This document shows positions 1-8,909 of a stretch of DNA of 64,000 nt, piece after piece; positions within the stretch are counted from its first letter, which is position 1, and the number at the start of each line of letters is the position of its first letter. Under the pieces are notes generated by a model. That model made no database searches, was not told where the DNA came from, and saw nothing but the letters and a program-made list of their open reading frames with translations. The translations under genes and the position numbers were made by a program. Origin of the DNA: Chloroflexota bacterium (GTDB taxonomy: Bacteria > Chloroflexota > Dehalococcoidia > Dehalococcoidales > JACPPQ01); contig JACPPQ010000109.1 in the NCBI GenBank assembly GCA_016190925.1, positions 1,614 to 65,613 on the forward strand, written 5' to 3'.

Positions 1-1076
1 CCCGGAAACATTTGTTTAACTGAAACCACCGGTATATTCACACCCCTGGCATCTTCCAATACCCAGACTGCTTCTATGCCGGGAACCATGCTTTCTAACT
101 CATTCCATAACAAGGCCACATGCCTGATGCATCCACCTGCTTGTGCGGAATCATTCATAACAGGCGGGCACCCTAGAATTATAGGGTCGTCCCTGTGAAG
201 CACGGTTTTTACCTTCAAAGCCGCTTCCATGCTGGAACCGCTGGCGTAATAACCTATCCATTCCGCAAATGGGCCTTCTTTTCTTGTTTCCACATCTGGC
301 GGCACAATCTCACCTTCCAGGGCTATTTCTGCAGTAGCCGGGATGGGGATGCCAGTAGAAGGTCCCCTGGTTACTTTGACAGGGTTTTGTCTTAACCATC
401 CGACATACTCGTATTCAGAACTTCCCCAGGGGATTTTAACCGAAGCGATTAAGAAAAGAAGAGGGTCCTGGCCGCAGGTAACAACCACCGGACAACTCTG
501 CCCCCGGTCCCAGTACTTCTGCCGTATTAACGCTCCGTGCTGGCCGGGTGCTATCCAGACCGTTGCGGTATCTTTATCATGGATTTGCACCCTGTACGTG
601 CCGAGGTTCACCCATCCATCATCGGGGTCTCTCATGATTACCGTGTCACCGGTGCCGATATATCTACCTCCATCGAGTGCATGCCACCTCGGGACGGGAA
701 ACTTGAATAAATCGATTTTGCTACCGGTAATAACATTCTCTTTAACCGGGGCATTGTCAACTTCAACCGGTGCAACTGGTACTACCCCATCTTTTAATTT
801 TTGGCGATAGTAGCTGACTACCTCCCGTTTGTTCTTCATCTCCGGGAAGCCCAACGCCAGAACGAGACGGCTGAGTTTGGGGAAGACGTTAGTGAGAACT
901 CTGTATCCTTTAGGATAGCCCTTGATGGAGTCAAACAGAAGCATGGGTGAATCCGGGACTGTGCCCATCACTTCGGCTATCGAGCCGATTTCCAACTCCC
1001 AGTCCGCGCCTTCAACAAGTTTGCACTCACCGAGTTCCTCAGTTTTTTTTATGAAGCTCCTCAAATCATCAATCAT
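1..1076 (-). CDS. UbiD-family (prFMN-type) decarboxylase/carboxylase, paralog 1; C-terminus runs off the left edge
   Basis: This ORF is absent from the ORF track because the window edge truncates it. My reverse-strand translation from the ATG at 1076..1074 gives MIDDLRSFIKKTEELGECKLVEGADWELEIGS... It contains DDGWVNLGTYR and EGPFAEWIGYYASG, motifs shared with the other UbiD-like ORFs here. Confidence 0.85.
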   Translation of the reverse strand, partial: MIDDLRSFIKKTEELGECKLVEGADWELEIGSIAEVMGTVPDSPMLLFDSIKGYPKGYRVLTNVFPKLSRLVLALGFPEMKNKREVVSYYRQKLKDGVVPVAPVEVDNAPVKENVITGSKIDLFKFPVPRWHALDGGRYIGTGDTVIMRDPDDGWVNLGTYRVQIHDKDTATVWIAPGQHGALIRQKYWDRGQSCPVVVTCGQDPLLFLIASVKIPWGSSEYEYVGWLRQNPVKVTRGPSTGIPIPATAEIALEGEIVPPDVETRKEGPFAEWIGYYASGSSMEAALKVKTVLHRDDPIILGCPPVMNDSAQAGGCIRHVALLWNELESMVPGIEAVWVLEDARGVNIPVVSVKQMFP

Positions 1077-1148
1077 AGTTGTGCTCTCCTGGTCTAAATT
1101 TTTTCGCTCATTTTGAGACTCTCAATGAAAAAGATGCTCTGTGCGCAG

Positions 1149-1270
1149 GTTGACATAACTCAATACAAAAATCAATAAAATCAAATCGAACACGGAGGCT
1201 AACAGCAAACCAAAACAAATCAAATCAAATAAATACGGGAGCTAAAAATACTCGTTAGTTGACATAACTC
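1149..1270. promoter_or_regulatory. Two copies of the 13-mer GTTGACATAACTC (1149..1161 and 1258..1270) in the region upstream of UbiD paralog 1
   Basis: An exact 13-nt direct repeat, 109 nt apart, lies in the 247-nt gap between the dctM stop and the UbiD-1 start. The intervening DNA is A-rich, low-complexity CAAAT/CAAAA sequence. Any operator or promoter role is inferred only. Confidence 0.3.
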
Positions 1271-1323
1271 TAAAAATAAATCCCAAAGCCAACCATTCAC
1301 GAATTGTTTCCCGAATTTTTTGT

Positions 1324-2643
1324 TTAACTCCCTTTGAACATGAGACTGGGAAGCCACAATGATAATTGGGGAAAAGCGAACATGAAAGCCATCGCTATCA
1401 AGTCGACATAGACAAACGGCAGGCCAGCTCGATAGACGTCCTGCATTGAATACTGCGGGGCTACACCCTTCATTACGAACAGGTTCAGGCCGAATGGGGG
1501 AGTAATTCCCGCTATTTCCAGATTAAGCAACGTTATCGCCCCGAACCATATCGGGTCGAAGCCCAGATTGCGAACAATAGGCATAAACATGGGTATGGTA
1601 ATCATCATTATGGGGACCTGGGACATGAACATGCCCATCACCAGTATAATGAGCTGCGTGATGATTATGATACCGATGGGGGATAGTGATAAATCAGAGA
1701 TGAATCCAGAAAGTCCCTTGCTGATGCCGGTAAAAACCAGGATTTGAGAGAAGACCTGTGCGCTGGTTAAAATAATAAGTACCATCGAGGTCATTTCAAT
1801 GGTTGTGAATAGCGCTCTTTTAATTTTCCCCCAATCAAGCTGCCTGTATAAGGCGGCTAAAAGCAGACTTCCAAGAGCACCCATGGCCGCTGCTTCGGTC
1901 GGTGTGGCAATGCCCAGGAATATAATTCCCAGAACCAAGAATACAATCAGTCCCAGCGGAAGGATGTAACGCACAGCGGCCATCAGTTTTTCTGAAAGTG
2001 GCAGGTCTGTCACCCGATAAGATGGCGCAATTTGTGGTTGGAGTTTGCATCTGGCGATAACATAAATTGCCATAAGAGCCGCTACCAGTAAGCCGGGTAC
2101 AACGATAGCCATGAAAAATTGCCCGATAGACATTTGTGCAAGAATCGCCAGGATAACTCCGAGACTGGTAGGTGGAATCAACATAGCCAGACCGCCGCTG
2201 CCTAAAATTGGTCCTAAGCACATTGGCTTTTGATAACCCCTTTTTTCCATCTCCGGAATAAGCGATGACCCCAGTAATGCCGTGCCACCCATGCTGGAGC
2301 CGCTCAAACAGGCGAACACAGTCCCACCGGCAATGGCAAGCAGCCCCAGTCTGCCTGGAAGACGCCCTATCCACATGTCCAGGGTATCTATCATGTTCCG
2401 CGCTACGCCGCTTACAAAAATCACCTCACCCATGAAGATGAAGAAAGCTACGGTTAAATAGGAAAAGTCACTTATAGAATCACGCAGGCTAAGAATAAGT
2501 TGGTTTAAACCCCTTTCGCCACCCCACAAAAGTAATGCGCCTATAATGCCAATAAGCATAAAACAAAAAACGGTCTCCAGCCCCAGCGCCATCAGGGCAA
2601 CCAGACCGCCAATCACAATCAAAGCGGCAAACTGCCATTCCAT
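1324..2643 (-). CDS. dctM: TRAP transporter large permease (DctM family)
   Basis: This is a 439-aa polytopic hydrophobic ORF. The motifs WIGRLPGRLGLLAIAGG and EKRGYQKPMCLGPILGSGGLAMLIPPS align by eye with the second DctM at 52170..53477. It starts 10 nt after dctQ. Confidence 0.9.
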   Translation of the reverse strand: MEWQFAALIVIGGLVALMALGLETVFCFMLIGIIGALLLWGGERGLNQLILSLRDSISDFSYLTVAFFIFMGEVIFVSGVARNMIDTLDMWIGRLPGRLGLLAIAGGTVFACLSGSSMGGTALLGSSLIPEMEKRGYQKPMCLGPILGSGGLAMLIPPTSLGVILAILAQMSIGQFFMAIVVPGLLVAALMAIYVIARCKLQPQIAPSYRVTDLPLSEKLMAAVRYILPLGLIVFLVLGIIFLGIATPTEAAAMGALGSLLLAALYRQLDWGKIKRALFTTIEMTSMVLIILTSAQVFSQILVFTGISKGLSGFISDLSLSPIGIIIITQLIILVMGMFMSQVPIMMITIPMFMPIVRNLGFDPIWFGAITLLNLEIAGITPPFGLNLFVMKGVAPQYSMQDVYRAGLPFVYVDLIAMAFMFAFPQLSLWLPSLMFKGS

Positions 2644-2653
2644 GAGTTCACCT

Positions 2654-3169
2654 CTACCGCTGACTAAGGGGGACGCTCTTCAGGGTTGTTATACTTTGAT
2701 GTATTTTTCTCAGGCATTGTATCAATAGAAGGAGGTAGGCTACAGGAATAATCCAGAGGACGGTTGCGTTGGGAATATTGAGAAACGAGGGTTGGTAAAT
2801 ACCTCCACGCCAATGGTTCCAGGTGGTCTGGACGCCGTACCAGAAAATAATGCCGCAGATTACGACTCCGAGAAATGCATTAAAGATACCGAGCAGGAGC
2901 TGATAGTTTGGTTTTAAACGGAGAGGTAGCAGGTCCATCCTGACATGCTTTCCTTCCCTCATCAGCTTTGCTGCAGGTAACATCACCATGAAAAACAGTA
3001 GAATCTGGTTGATTTCTATTTGCCATCTTATTGGCCAGCCGAACATTCTGAGGATGACATCAATTCCGACAGTTAACATCGCAAAGGCAAGCAAAGCACT
3101 TGCGATAGTTACTGCGGTATTAAGTACCCGGTCGAAATTGGCTCTGATTTTGCTGGCTATCTCTGTCAT
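2654..3169 (-). CDS. dctQ: TRAP transporter small permease (DctQ family)
   Basis: This 171-aa ORF has about four hydrophobic segments and lies directly upstream of dctM. It is paralogous in size and position to 53483..54004. Confidence 0.8.
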   Translation of the reverse strand: MTEIASKIRANFDRVLNTAVTIASALLAFAMLTVGIDVILRMFGWPIRWQIEINQILLFFMVMLPAAKLMREGKHVRMDLLPLRLKPNYQLLLGIFNAFLGVVICGIIFWYGVQTTWNHWRGGIYQPSFLNIPNATVLWIIPVAYLLLLIQCLRKIHQSITTLKSVPLSQR

Positions 3170-3357
3170 ACCTTCCCTTGGGAAAAAGCTTTAGCGAATA
3201 GCGCGAGCTGCAGGGGATAGTCATTTGCCGTTATTAAGCTCCGAATGTCTGATAATGGACATCCCGGGGCTTATTGCGAATTGATAAACTGGTGGCGTTC
3301 CTGCGTATACCGGTTATCGGTTTACTCAGAAAAATGGTATTGATTAACCCTATCTCC

Positions 3358-3542
3358 TTTACGTTAAGTAAACGCTCTGCGCTCTTGGCGCAGGGTAAAA
3401 AAATACAGTTTTCCAAAAGGACGTCCGCCTCAGGTGGATGGCCGCACGTAGAGCTTGCCTGAGCCTGCCCTGAGAGAAGCCGAAGGGTACCTGATACGGG
3501 GGTCAATGCCCTGCCCGCCTCTGGCGGGCGGAATTGCTTTAC
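3358..3542 (+). repeat. Composite hairpin-mosaic repeat, copy 1 (ends in GGAATTGCTTTAC)
   Basis: This copy aligns by eye with 4904..5111, 33307..33484 and, for the 3' half only, 61244..61347. It contains the hairpins CTGCGC-n5-GCGCAG, CGTCCGCC-TCA-GGTGGATG and CCCGCC-TCT-GGCGGG. Confidence 0.85.
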
Positions 3543-3625
3543 GAGCTGTTTGAAAAGTAAAAAGATTTGTGACTTGCCCTCTTTATTTCCCTCTCTCGAA
3601 AACAGGAAGGGAGAGCATTTTTTCT

Positions 3626-3748
3626 GAAGAGGGGCGTAATCCCCTCTTCAACACCCCATATTCGGACAACCTCAAGAATTTTAGAAGAGGGTTTGCACCC
3701 CTCTGGACGCCTCGACTTTTCATTGTTCGTGTGTGCGCCTCAGGCGCA
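3626..3748. repeat. Further hairpin modules in the dctP-dctQ spacer
   Basis: GAAGAGGGG-cgtaat-CCCCTCTTC lies at 3626..3649. AGAGGG-n7-CCCTCT follows near 3686. TGCGCC-TCA-GGCGCA lies at 3734..3748, and its 20-mer GTGCGCCTCAGGCGCATGGA recurs at 54245..54264. Confidence 0.8.
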
Positions 3749-3755
3749 TGGATAA

Positions 3756-4799
3756 TTACTTTACAAAGAGTTGTCTTAGTTTGTCGTAAGTTTGCTGATT
3801 GACATTCTTCTTCAAGACCGCCCACCTTGATTCGTAGGCAAGATTAAGATACGATTTTGTATCTTCAGGGGAGAAGGTGATAGGCTGCATGCCTTTTTCC
3901 ACTATTGTTTTCTTCGCGGCTTTGGCCAGATTGTCCGGCCGTGAAGGGTCTGCCTCCAATTTTGCTGCCTCATTCACCAGTATGTCTTGCAAGTTCTTTG
4001 GGAGCTTATTGAATCGGTCCATGTTTATATAGGTCGATGTATTAGTGTAGTAGAATGGGTAGTCAATCCAGTATTTGACCACTTCATACCATTTGTTCTG
4101 CACTGTCAGGTCGTAGGTCATAACATAGCCGTCAATCAGTTTGGTTTGCAGGCTGGTGTAAATGTCACCAAAACCTACATTGAGGGGGGTGACGCTCAGG
4201 GCATTTAAGAACGGGGTATAAGTCGGCGTGGTGCGCATCTTTAGCCCGGCTAACTCTTTGGGAGTCTTTACCTGGGGATTCAGGAATATGGAGAACATGG
4301 CCTCGGTGTTAGTGGCAATCATCCCCAGCAAGTATACCTTTGCCCTCTCCTTGAAAAGGTCGCGGATATAGGCATACCCGCCGGCCTGCCGATTTTCCCA
4401 CGATTTATACGAGGAGATAGAAATGGCCAAAGTCTCCGGCACAACATATTCCCATTCATCGGTGAAGCTGAAGAGCATATCGATTGTACCGGAACGCACT
4501 GCCTCAGTCTGGTTTGCTCTGGGGATAGCCTCCGGCCCGCCGACGATGTCAATAACAAGCTGCCCGTTAGACGCTTTCTTGACATTATCAACAAAATCAT
4601 CGGCGCTGAGCATCGTCGCTGTATGGGCGGGCAAAACGGTTACCGCTTTCAGCACTATCGGAGCCGCGGTTGGCGCGGGCGCAGGTGCTGGTTTTGGCGT
4701 GGCCGTGGGTGCCGGAGCCGGGGTTCGTGTACAGCCTGCCAGAACAAGCACCGCTGCCAGCGCTAAGGTCAGAATCAGGATTACAGTTTTCATTTTCAT
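3756..4799 (-). CDS. dctP: TRAP substrate-binding lipoprotein (DctP family) with a Pro/Ala/Thr linker
   Basis: The track ORF is 3756..4811. I prefer the ATG at 4799 (M5) because GGAGGGG lies 5 nt upstream of it. The protein has a signal peptide with lipobox VLAGC followed by TPAPAPTATPKPAPAPAPTAAP. The mature domain is DctP-like. Confidence 0.85.
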   Translation of the reverse strand: MKMKTVILILTLALAAVLVLAGCTRTPAPAPTATPKPAPAPAPTAAPIVLKAVTVLPAHTATMLSADDFVDNVKKASNGQLVIDIVGGPEAIPRANQTEAVRSGTIDMLFSFTDEWEYVVPETLAISISSYKSWENRQAGGYAYIRDLFKERAKVYLLGMIATNTEAMFSIFLNPQVKTPKELAGLKMRTTPTYTPFLNALSVTPLNVGFGDIYTSLQTKLIDGYVMTYDLTVQNKWYEVVKYWIDYPFYYTNTSTYINMDRFNKLPKNLQDILVNEAAKLEADPSRPDNLAKAAKKTIVEKGMQPITFSPEDTKSYLNLAYESRWAVLKKNVNQQTYDKLRQLFVK

Positions 4800-4903
4800 T
4801 TTCCCCTCCATGGTAATGAATTACTATTTCAAGTTGGCGTTTGCTATTGATTTCCGAATATCCCACCTCCTCCGAACAAATCTAACTTTTTCCAAGGTTA
4901 TTG

Positions 4904-5111
4904 TTTACGAAGTAAACGCCCTGCGGTCTCTGCCGCAGGGTTAAAATATATAGGGTTTCCAAAGGGACGTCCGCCTCAGGCGGATGGCTTGCCTCCGCTG
5001 AAGCTTTAGCGCAAGCAGGCCGCACGCAGAGCTTGCCCCGTTCACAGTTTGCCCCGTACCTGATACGGGGGTCAACGCCCTGCCCGCCTCTGGCGGGCGG
5101 AATTGCTTTAC
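4904..5111 (+). repeat. Composite hairpin-mosaic repeat, copy 2
   Basis: Its hairpins are CCCTGCGG-n6-CCGCAGGG, CGTCCGCC-TCA-GGCGGATG, CCCCGTA-cctga-TACGGGG and CCCGCC-TCT-GGCGGG. It ends in GGAATTGCTTTAC, and its last bases overlap the stop codon of the minus-strand gene 5108..5380. Confidence 0.85.
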
Positions 5112-5380
5112 AGGTACTTCTCTACGGGATTGGGAAGTTTTTCCAGAATCTTGATTCTCATGGGTTCAGGTATGATAGATTCGTCATAATCCTTCACCCA
5201 TAAAACATCACCTTCAGGTAGTTTGGCCGGGTCCCTGGAGAATTGAGCTTTAACATATATCCGCTCCAGGGTTTTGTGGTCTTTTATTTCGACGTTATTA
5301 ATCTGGAATATCTGCCTGTTCTCAAAGTCTGCCGCCTTTCCGCTATCACGGATGTCTATCATAGTGGCTTCCCATTCCAT
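5108..5380 (-). CDS. Small Cys-free protein (90 aa), paralog of 6953..7216; candidate UbiD accessory subunit
   Basis: It lies immediately downstream of UbiD-2 on the same strand. It shares the block VKAQFSRDPAKLPEGDVLWVK with VKAILSSKPGELPGGDTLWIR in the other small ORF. I recognise no known family. Confidence 0.6.
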   Translation of the reverse strand: MEWEATMIDIRDSGKAADFENRQIFQINNVEIKDHKTLERIYVKAQFSRDPAKLPEGDVLWVKDYDESIIPEPMRIKILEKLPNPVEKYL

Positions 5381-5450
5381 TCCTTATTACCTCTCCCTGG
5401 TGTTGTAATTACCATTAGCCTCAAAGCAAATAGCTGCCCCGATTGAAGAC

Positions 5451-6917
5451 TTATTTCAAACCGTACGAAGTCCAATTTTTCACTACTTTGTCCTGTAACT
5501 CTTTAGAATACATGGCTGCAAAGGTCACTTTGGGCGGTGCCGTAATTTCAAGCGGCCAGTCCAGAGGCCAGGTGGCGTCATAGACTATTTGTGGGCCTGT
5601 CTGGTCCATTCTTTCCTTCAAATCGGCGGAAGGTTGAAGCGGGCTGCCCTGCTGGTGATACACCCATATTCCCCGCTCCGGATGTACTTTTTCGACAAGG
5701 CTATTAATAACGTCATCTGTGTTAAAAACATCGGTATCTTCGTCACACACTAGAATTGCGTAGGAGTACAGGCCACCGGCAGCAGAGTATATAGCCGCTG
5801 CTACCCCCTGAGCCACCCTGGGTCTCCCTCTCTTGACGGACACTATGACCAGGTCAGCGACACCCGGATAGCAATGCACCTCTTTTACCGGCCAGCCAGC
5901 GTCAGTCAAAAGCTTTCGATAGAAAGCTGATTTTACAACAGGTGCGATTATGCCACCTTCGTCCCTGCCTCGGCCTACGCTGGCCATGGATAATATCGGG
6001 TTATTTCGCCAGGTTATGCACTTCACGACAAAAACGGGGCGCAGGTCTCTCGGCGAAGCCCTGAAGCCTGTATACTCGCCAAAGGGACCTTCGTACGCCC
6101 GCACATGCGGCGGAACTATACCTTCGATGACTATCTCGGAGGATGCGGGCACGTAAATGTCATTGGTTTCACATTTGACCAGTTCGAGAGGTTTCTTCCT
6201 CCAGCCTCCTACGGCATCAACCTCAGACATCTTTGCGGGAATGGGACTGGCCGCAGCAATGGCAGATAAGGGGTCGGGATTTATGGCAATGGCGCAGGGC
6301 ATTGGCTCGTTAGCATCCTCGTACTGTTGATAGAACATGTTGGGCCCGTGCTGTCCATAAACAAAAAGGCAACCCAGGCTTCTTCTATCGTGAATCATGT
6401 GCCGGTACATACCCCAGTTTACCCAATCACTATTCTTGTCCTTGGTAATGGTAGCGTGATAAGTGCACATATATCGGCCGCCATCGCCTTCATGTATCAT
6501 CGGCGCGGGAAAGGTATACAGGTTGCAATCATTTCCAAACGTTTTATTCTCTTTACAAGGGGCCTTCTTGACTACTACCGGTTTTATCGGATGTTCCAGC
6601 CCGGCAATATACAGGTCCTGTAGCTCCCGCCAGGTTGCCTTGTCAGGGTTCGGATGTCCAAAGATAATGGCCATGCGCTTCAGGTTACAGATGCTGGAGC
6701 TTATAATCGAATGACCGGGGTAGCCTTTAATGTTTTCAAAGAGCATAGCGGGTTGTCCACCGTGGTTGACGTTCTTTCCCTCACCGATTTCCAGGGCTCT
6801 GCGCGCAATGGCGCCAGCTTCCAGATTCCAGTCTACCTCTTTTTTTATCCTGGCAAGCTCTCCAGCCGCCTCCCAGTCAACTATCGCATCCCTGACGCTA
6901 TCGTGTGGGAATGGCAT
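5451..6917 (-). CDS. UbiD-family decarboxylase/carboxylase, paralog 2
   Basis: This 488-aa ORF has an AAGGAGAA ribosome-binding site. It carries the motifs DWVNWGMYRHM and EGPFGEYTGFRA, plus the typical N-terminal segment that contains GELARIKKEVDW. Confidence 0.9.
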   Translation of the reverse strand: MPFPHDSVRDAIVDWEAAGELARIKKEVDWNLEAGAIARRALEIGEGKNVNHGGQPAMLFENIKGYPGHSIISSSICNLKRMAIIFGHPNPDKATWRELQDLYIAGLEHPIKPVVVKKAPCKENKTFGNDCNLYTFPAPMIHEGDGGRYMCTYHATITKDKNSDWVNWGMYRHMIHDRRSLGCLFVYGQHGPNMFYQQYEDANEPMPCAIAINPDPLSAIAAASPIPAKMSEVDAVGGWRKKPLELVKCETNDIYVPASSEIVIEGIVPPHVRAYEGPFGEYTGFRASPRDLRPVFVVKCITWRNNPILSMASVGRGRDEGGIIAPVVKSAFYRKLLTDAGWPVKEVHCYPGVADLVIVSVKRGRPRVAQGVAAAIYSAAGGLYSYAILVCDEDTDVFNTDDVINSLVEKVHPERGIWVYHQQGSPLQPSADLKERMDQTGPQIVYDATWPLDWPLEITAPPKVTFAAMYSKELQDKVVKNWTSYGLK

Positions 6918-6952
6918 TTCTTCTCCTTTGTTGATTTACTTATTTTAGAAAC

Positions 6953-7216
6953 CTAATAATATTCTTTGCCTACCGCTTCTCCGAGTGAGCTGATGTCCTG
7001 GATTATTTTTATCGCCCAGGGTTGTGGATGTTTCTGACCTCTCTGCCACCGTATCCATAGCGTATCTCCGCCGGGCAATTCCCCAGGTTTGCTGCTCAGG
7101 ATTGCCTTAACCTGCCTGGTTTCTACAGTGGCCAGGTCACGTACGTTGACGATGGTTTCTACTCCCTCTTTCAATTCGCTGAAGTCCTTTATCAGGAAAA
7201 GTTCGTATTCCGGCAT
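6953..7216 (-). CDS. Small Cys-free protein (87 aa from M13), paralog of 5108..5380
   Basis: The track ORF is 6953..7252. The internal ATG at 7216 is preceded by AGGAAGGA with 7-nt spacing, so I prefer it. The gene lies 35 nt upstream of UbiD-2. Confidence 0.6.
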   Translation of the reverse strand: MPEYELFLIKDFSELKEGVETIVNVRDLATVETRQVKAILSSKPGELPGGDTLWIRWQRGQKHPQPWAIKIIQDISSLGEAVGKEYY

Positions 7217-7280
7217 GATGCATTCCTTCCTAAAAGTGGACAGGCAGTCCAAGATGACACTCTGACTTTCGGATATGAAT

Positions 7281-7382
7281 GTATAGATGCTAACTTGTTT
7301 GACTATCGATTATCTGCCAGACATAAGCGTAAATTATTGTAAGACTAATACCATATCCCCCTACCTTACTTTGCCTACACTG
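7281..7382 (-). promoter_or_regulatory. Conserved TGTAGG-box upstream element, copy a (read on the minus strand)
   Basis: The reverse complement reads TGTAGGCAAAGTAAGGTAGGGGGATATGGTATTAGTCTTACAATAATTTACGCTTATGTCTGGCAGATAATCGATAGTCAAACAAG. It closely matches copies b and c and sits upstream of the small-protein/UbiD-2 operon. Confidence 0.7.
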
Positions 7383-7564
7383 TTTTCCAAGCGTCGATAC
7401 CAAAATTACGCGGACTAACGGAAAGGGGTAACTAGGAAGGGGTCGCTGGTCATAGACATGTTCAGACGTCGGTCATACCGCTACTATCTTTGAGAATTGT
7501 TGGGGTCTTTGGATTCTGGGGAAGTCTAATAGTGGAAAAGAATAAATTTTAATTTTGGCATTAG

Positions 7565-8770
7565 TTATCGGGCGCGCATTTTGCTCTGCTTCCACCTGAG
7601 GACAATCATTGCCACCGCAACGAAGAACATAAAACCTGCCATTAGTGCATAGCTTTGTTGGTAAGAACCGCTGATGTCCCTGACAAAGCCTGCCGAAGCC
7701 GGTCCGAGCAGTATTCCAAGGTTGAGACAGGTAGAGATAATGCCAAAGCCGAGGCCGAGCCTTTCCGGGCTGGTCGCTTCCGGTGGCAGTGCGAGAATCG
7801 GAGCGGGAACAAGGGTTTGTGCGGCCCCTATCAGGAGCATCAACCCGAGTATCCATCCTGTTGCCGAAGGAACAAATGGTATCAAAATTGCCAGCGTAAT
7901 GCCTCCCGAGGCGATTATTGCCTGCTTCTGGCCTATTCTGTCCATCAAATAACCTACCAACGGACTTAAGACCAGGGCCGGCCACATGACTGCGCTGGTA
8001 ATGAAACCGGCTTGGCTGGGGCTAATCCCGGCAGAGGTCAGCAGGTCTGGTGTGAATGTGAACAGGGAAATAACAGCGGCGTTGAACAAAAGCCAGGCAA
8101 TGCCGATAATCCAGATTGGCGCTCCGGTGCGCCTCAGACTCAAGAAAATGGTTTCTCGCGGAGGTGTGGCTTTCTGTATTTTTCGCGGCGCCGGTGCAAA
8201 GAGCAAGAGGAATATCAATACCGAAGCGGCCGGCAGGATGATGCTGACCCAAATGCTGGCTCGCCAGCCCAGGTTTGCTCCAAGTTGGGACAGGAAATTC
8301 AGCGACAGGATGGTTCCCAGGGGCATTCCGGTGCTGTACACGCCCATTGCAATGCCTATCTCGCGTCCGGCGAACCACTGCGCCAGCAGTTGGGGAGAAA
8401 TTATCATCAATGTTATAGCGCCTGCGCCGGATATTATTCTACCAAGTGCCAGTGTAGGAAATGAATTGCCAGTAGCCACGATTGCTATGCCTGTAATGAC
8501 CAGGATAAAAGAGGCCAGGCCTATTAACTTCTGTCCATAGCGGTCAGCAAGCATTCCTGCCGGAATGGAGATGGCTATCCCGGGCAACGCAAAAAGGCTC
8601 ATCAGCAGGCCGCCTTGTGCGTGGGACAGCTTAAGCTCCCGTATGATGAGGGTGAGAACAGGCGGCACCGCTTGCAGGGTGATGGCGAAGCTTAAGATGC
8701 AGAGATAAACGACACCCAGAATGGTCCATCTACGCTTTAGCTGGATGCCTGACAGTTCATTAGTAGTCAT
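7565..8770 (-). CDS. MFS transporter
   Basis: This 401-aa ORF has about 12 hydrophobic segments. The MFS loop motif GMLADRYGQK follows the second or third transmembrane segment. Confidence 0.85.
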   Translation of the reverse strand: MTTNELSGIQLKRRWTILGVVYLCILSFAITLQAVPPVLTLIIRELKLSHAQGGLLMSLFALPGIAISIPAGMLADRYGQKLIGLASFILVITGIAIVATGNSFPTLALGRIISGAGAITLMIISPQLLAQWFAGREIGIAMGVYSTGMPLGTILSLNFLSQLGANLGWRASIWVSIILPAASVLIFLLLFAPAPRKIQKATPPRETIFLSLRRTGAPIWIIGIAWLLFNAAVISLFTFTPDLLTSAGISPSQAGFITSAVMWPALVLSPLVGYLMDRIGQKQAIIASGGITLAILIPFVPSATGWILGLMLLIGAAQTLVPAPILALPPEATSPERLGLGFGIISTCLNLGILLGPASAGFVRDISGSYQQSYALMAGFMFFVAVAMIVLRWKQSKMRAR

Positions 8771-8909
8771 AAATTTGCCTTCGAGGTATATTACATCGAC
8801 TTTCTACTGCACGGCAAGCATTATTGTCTCAAAACCGGCATTTCGTTTAATAAAGCGATTCCAGGTGAAATCATTCATGACAGGCACACTTCATCTGATG
8901 TGAAAGTGG

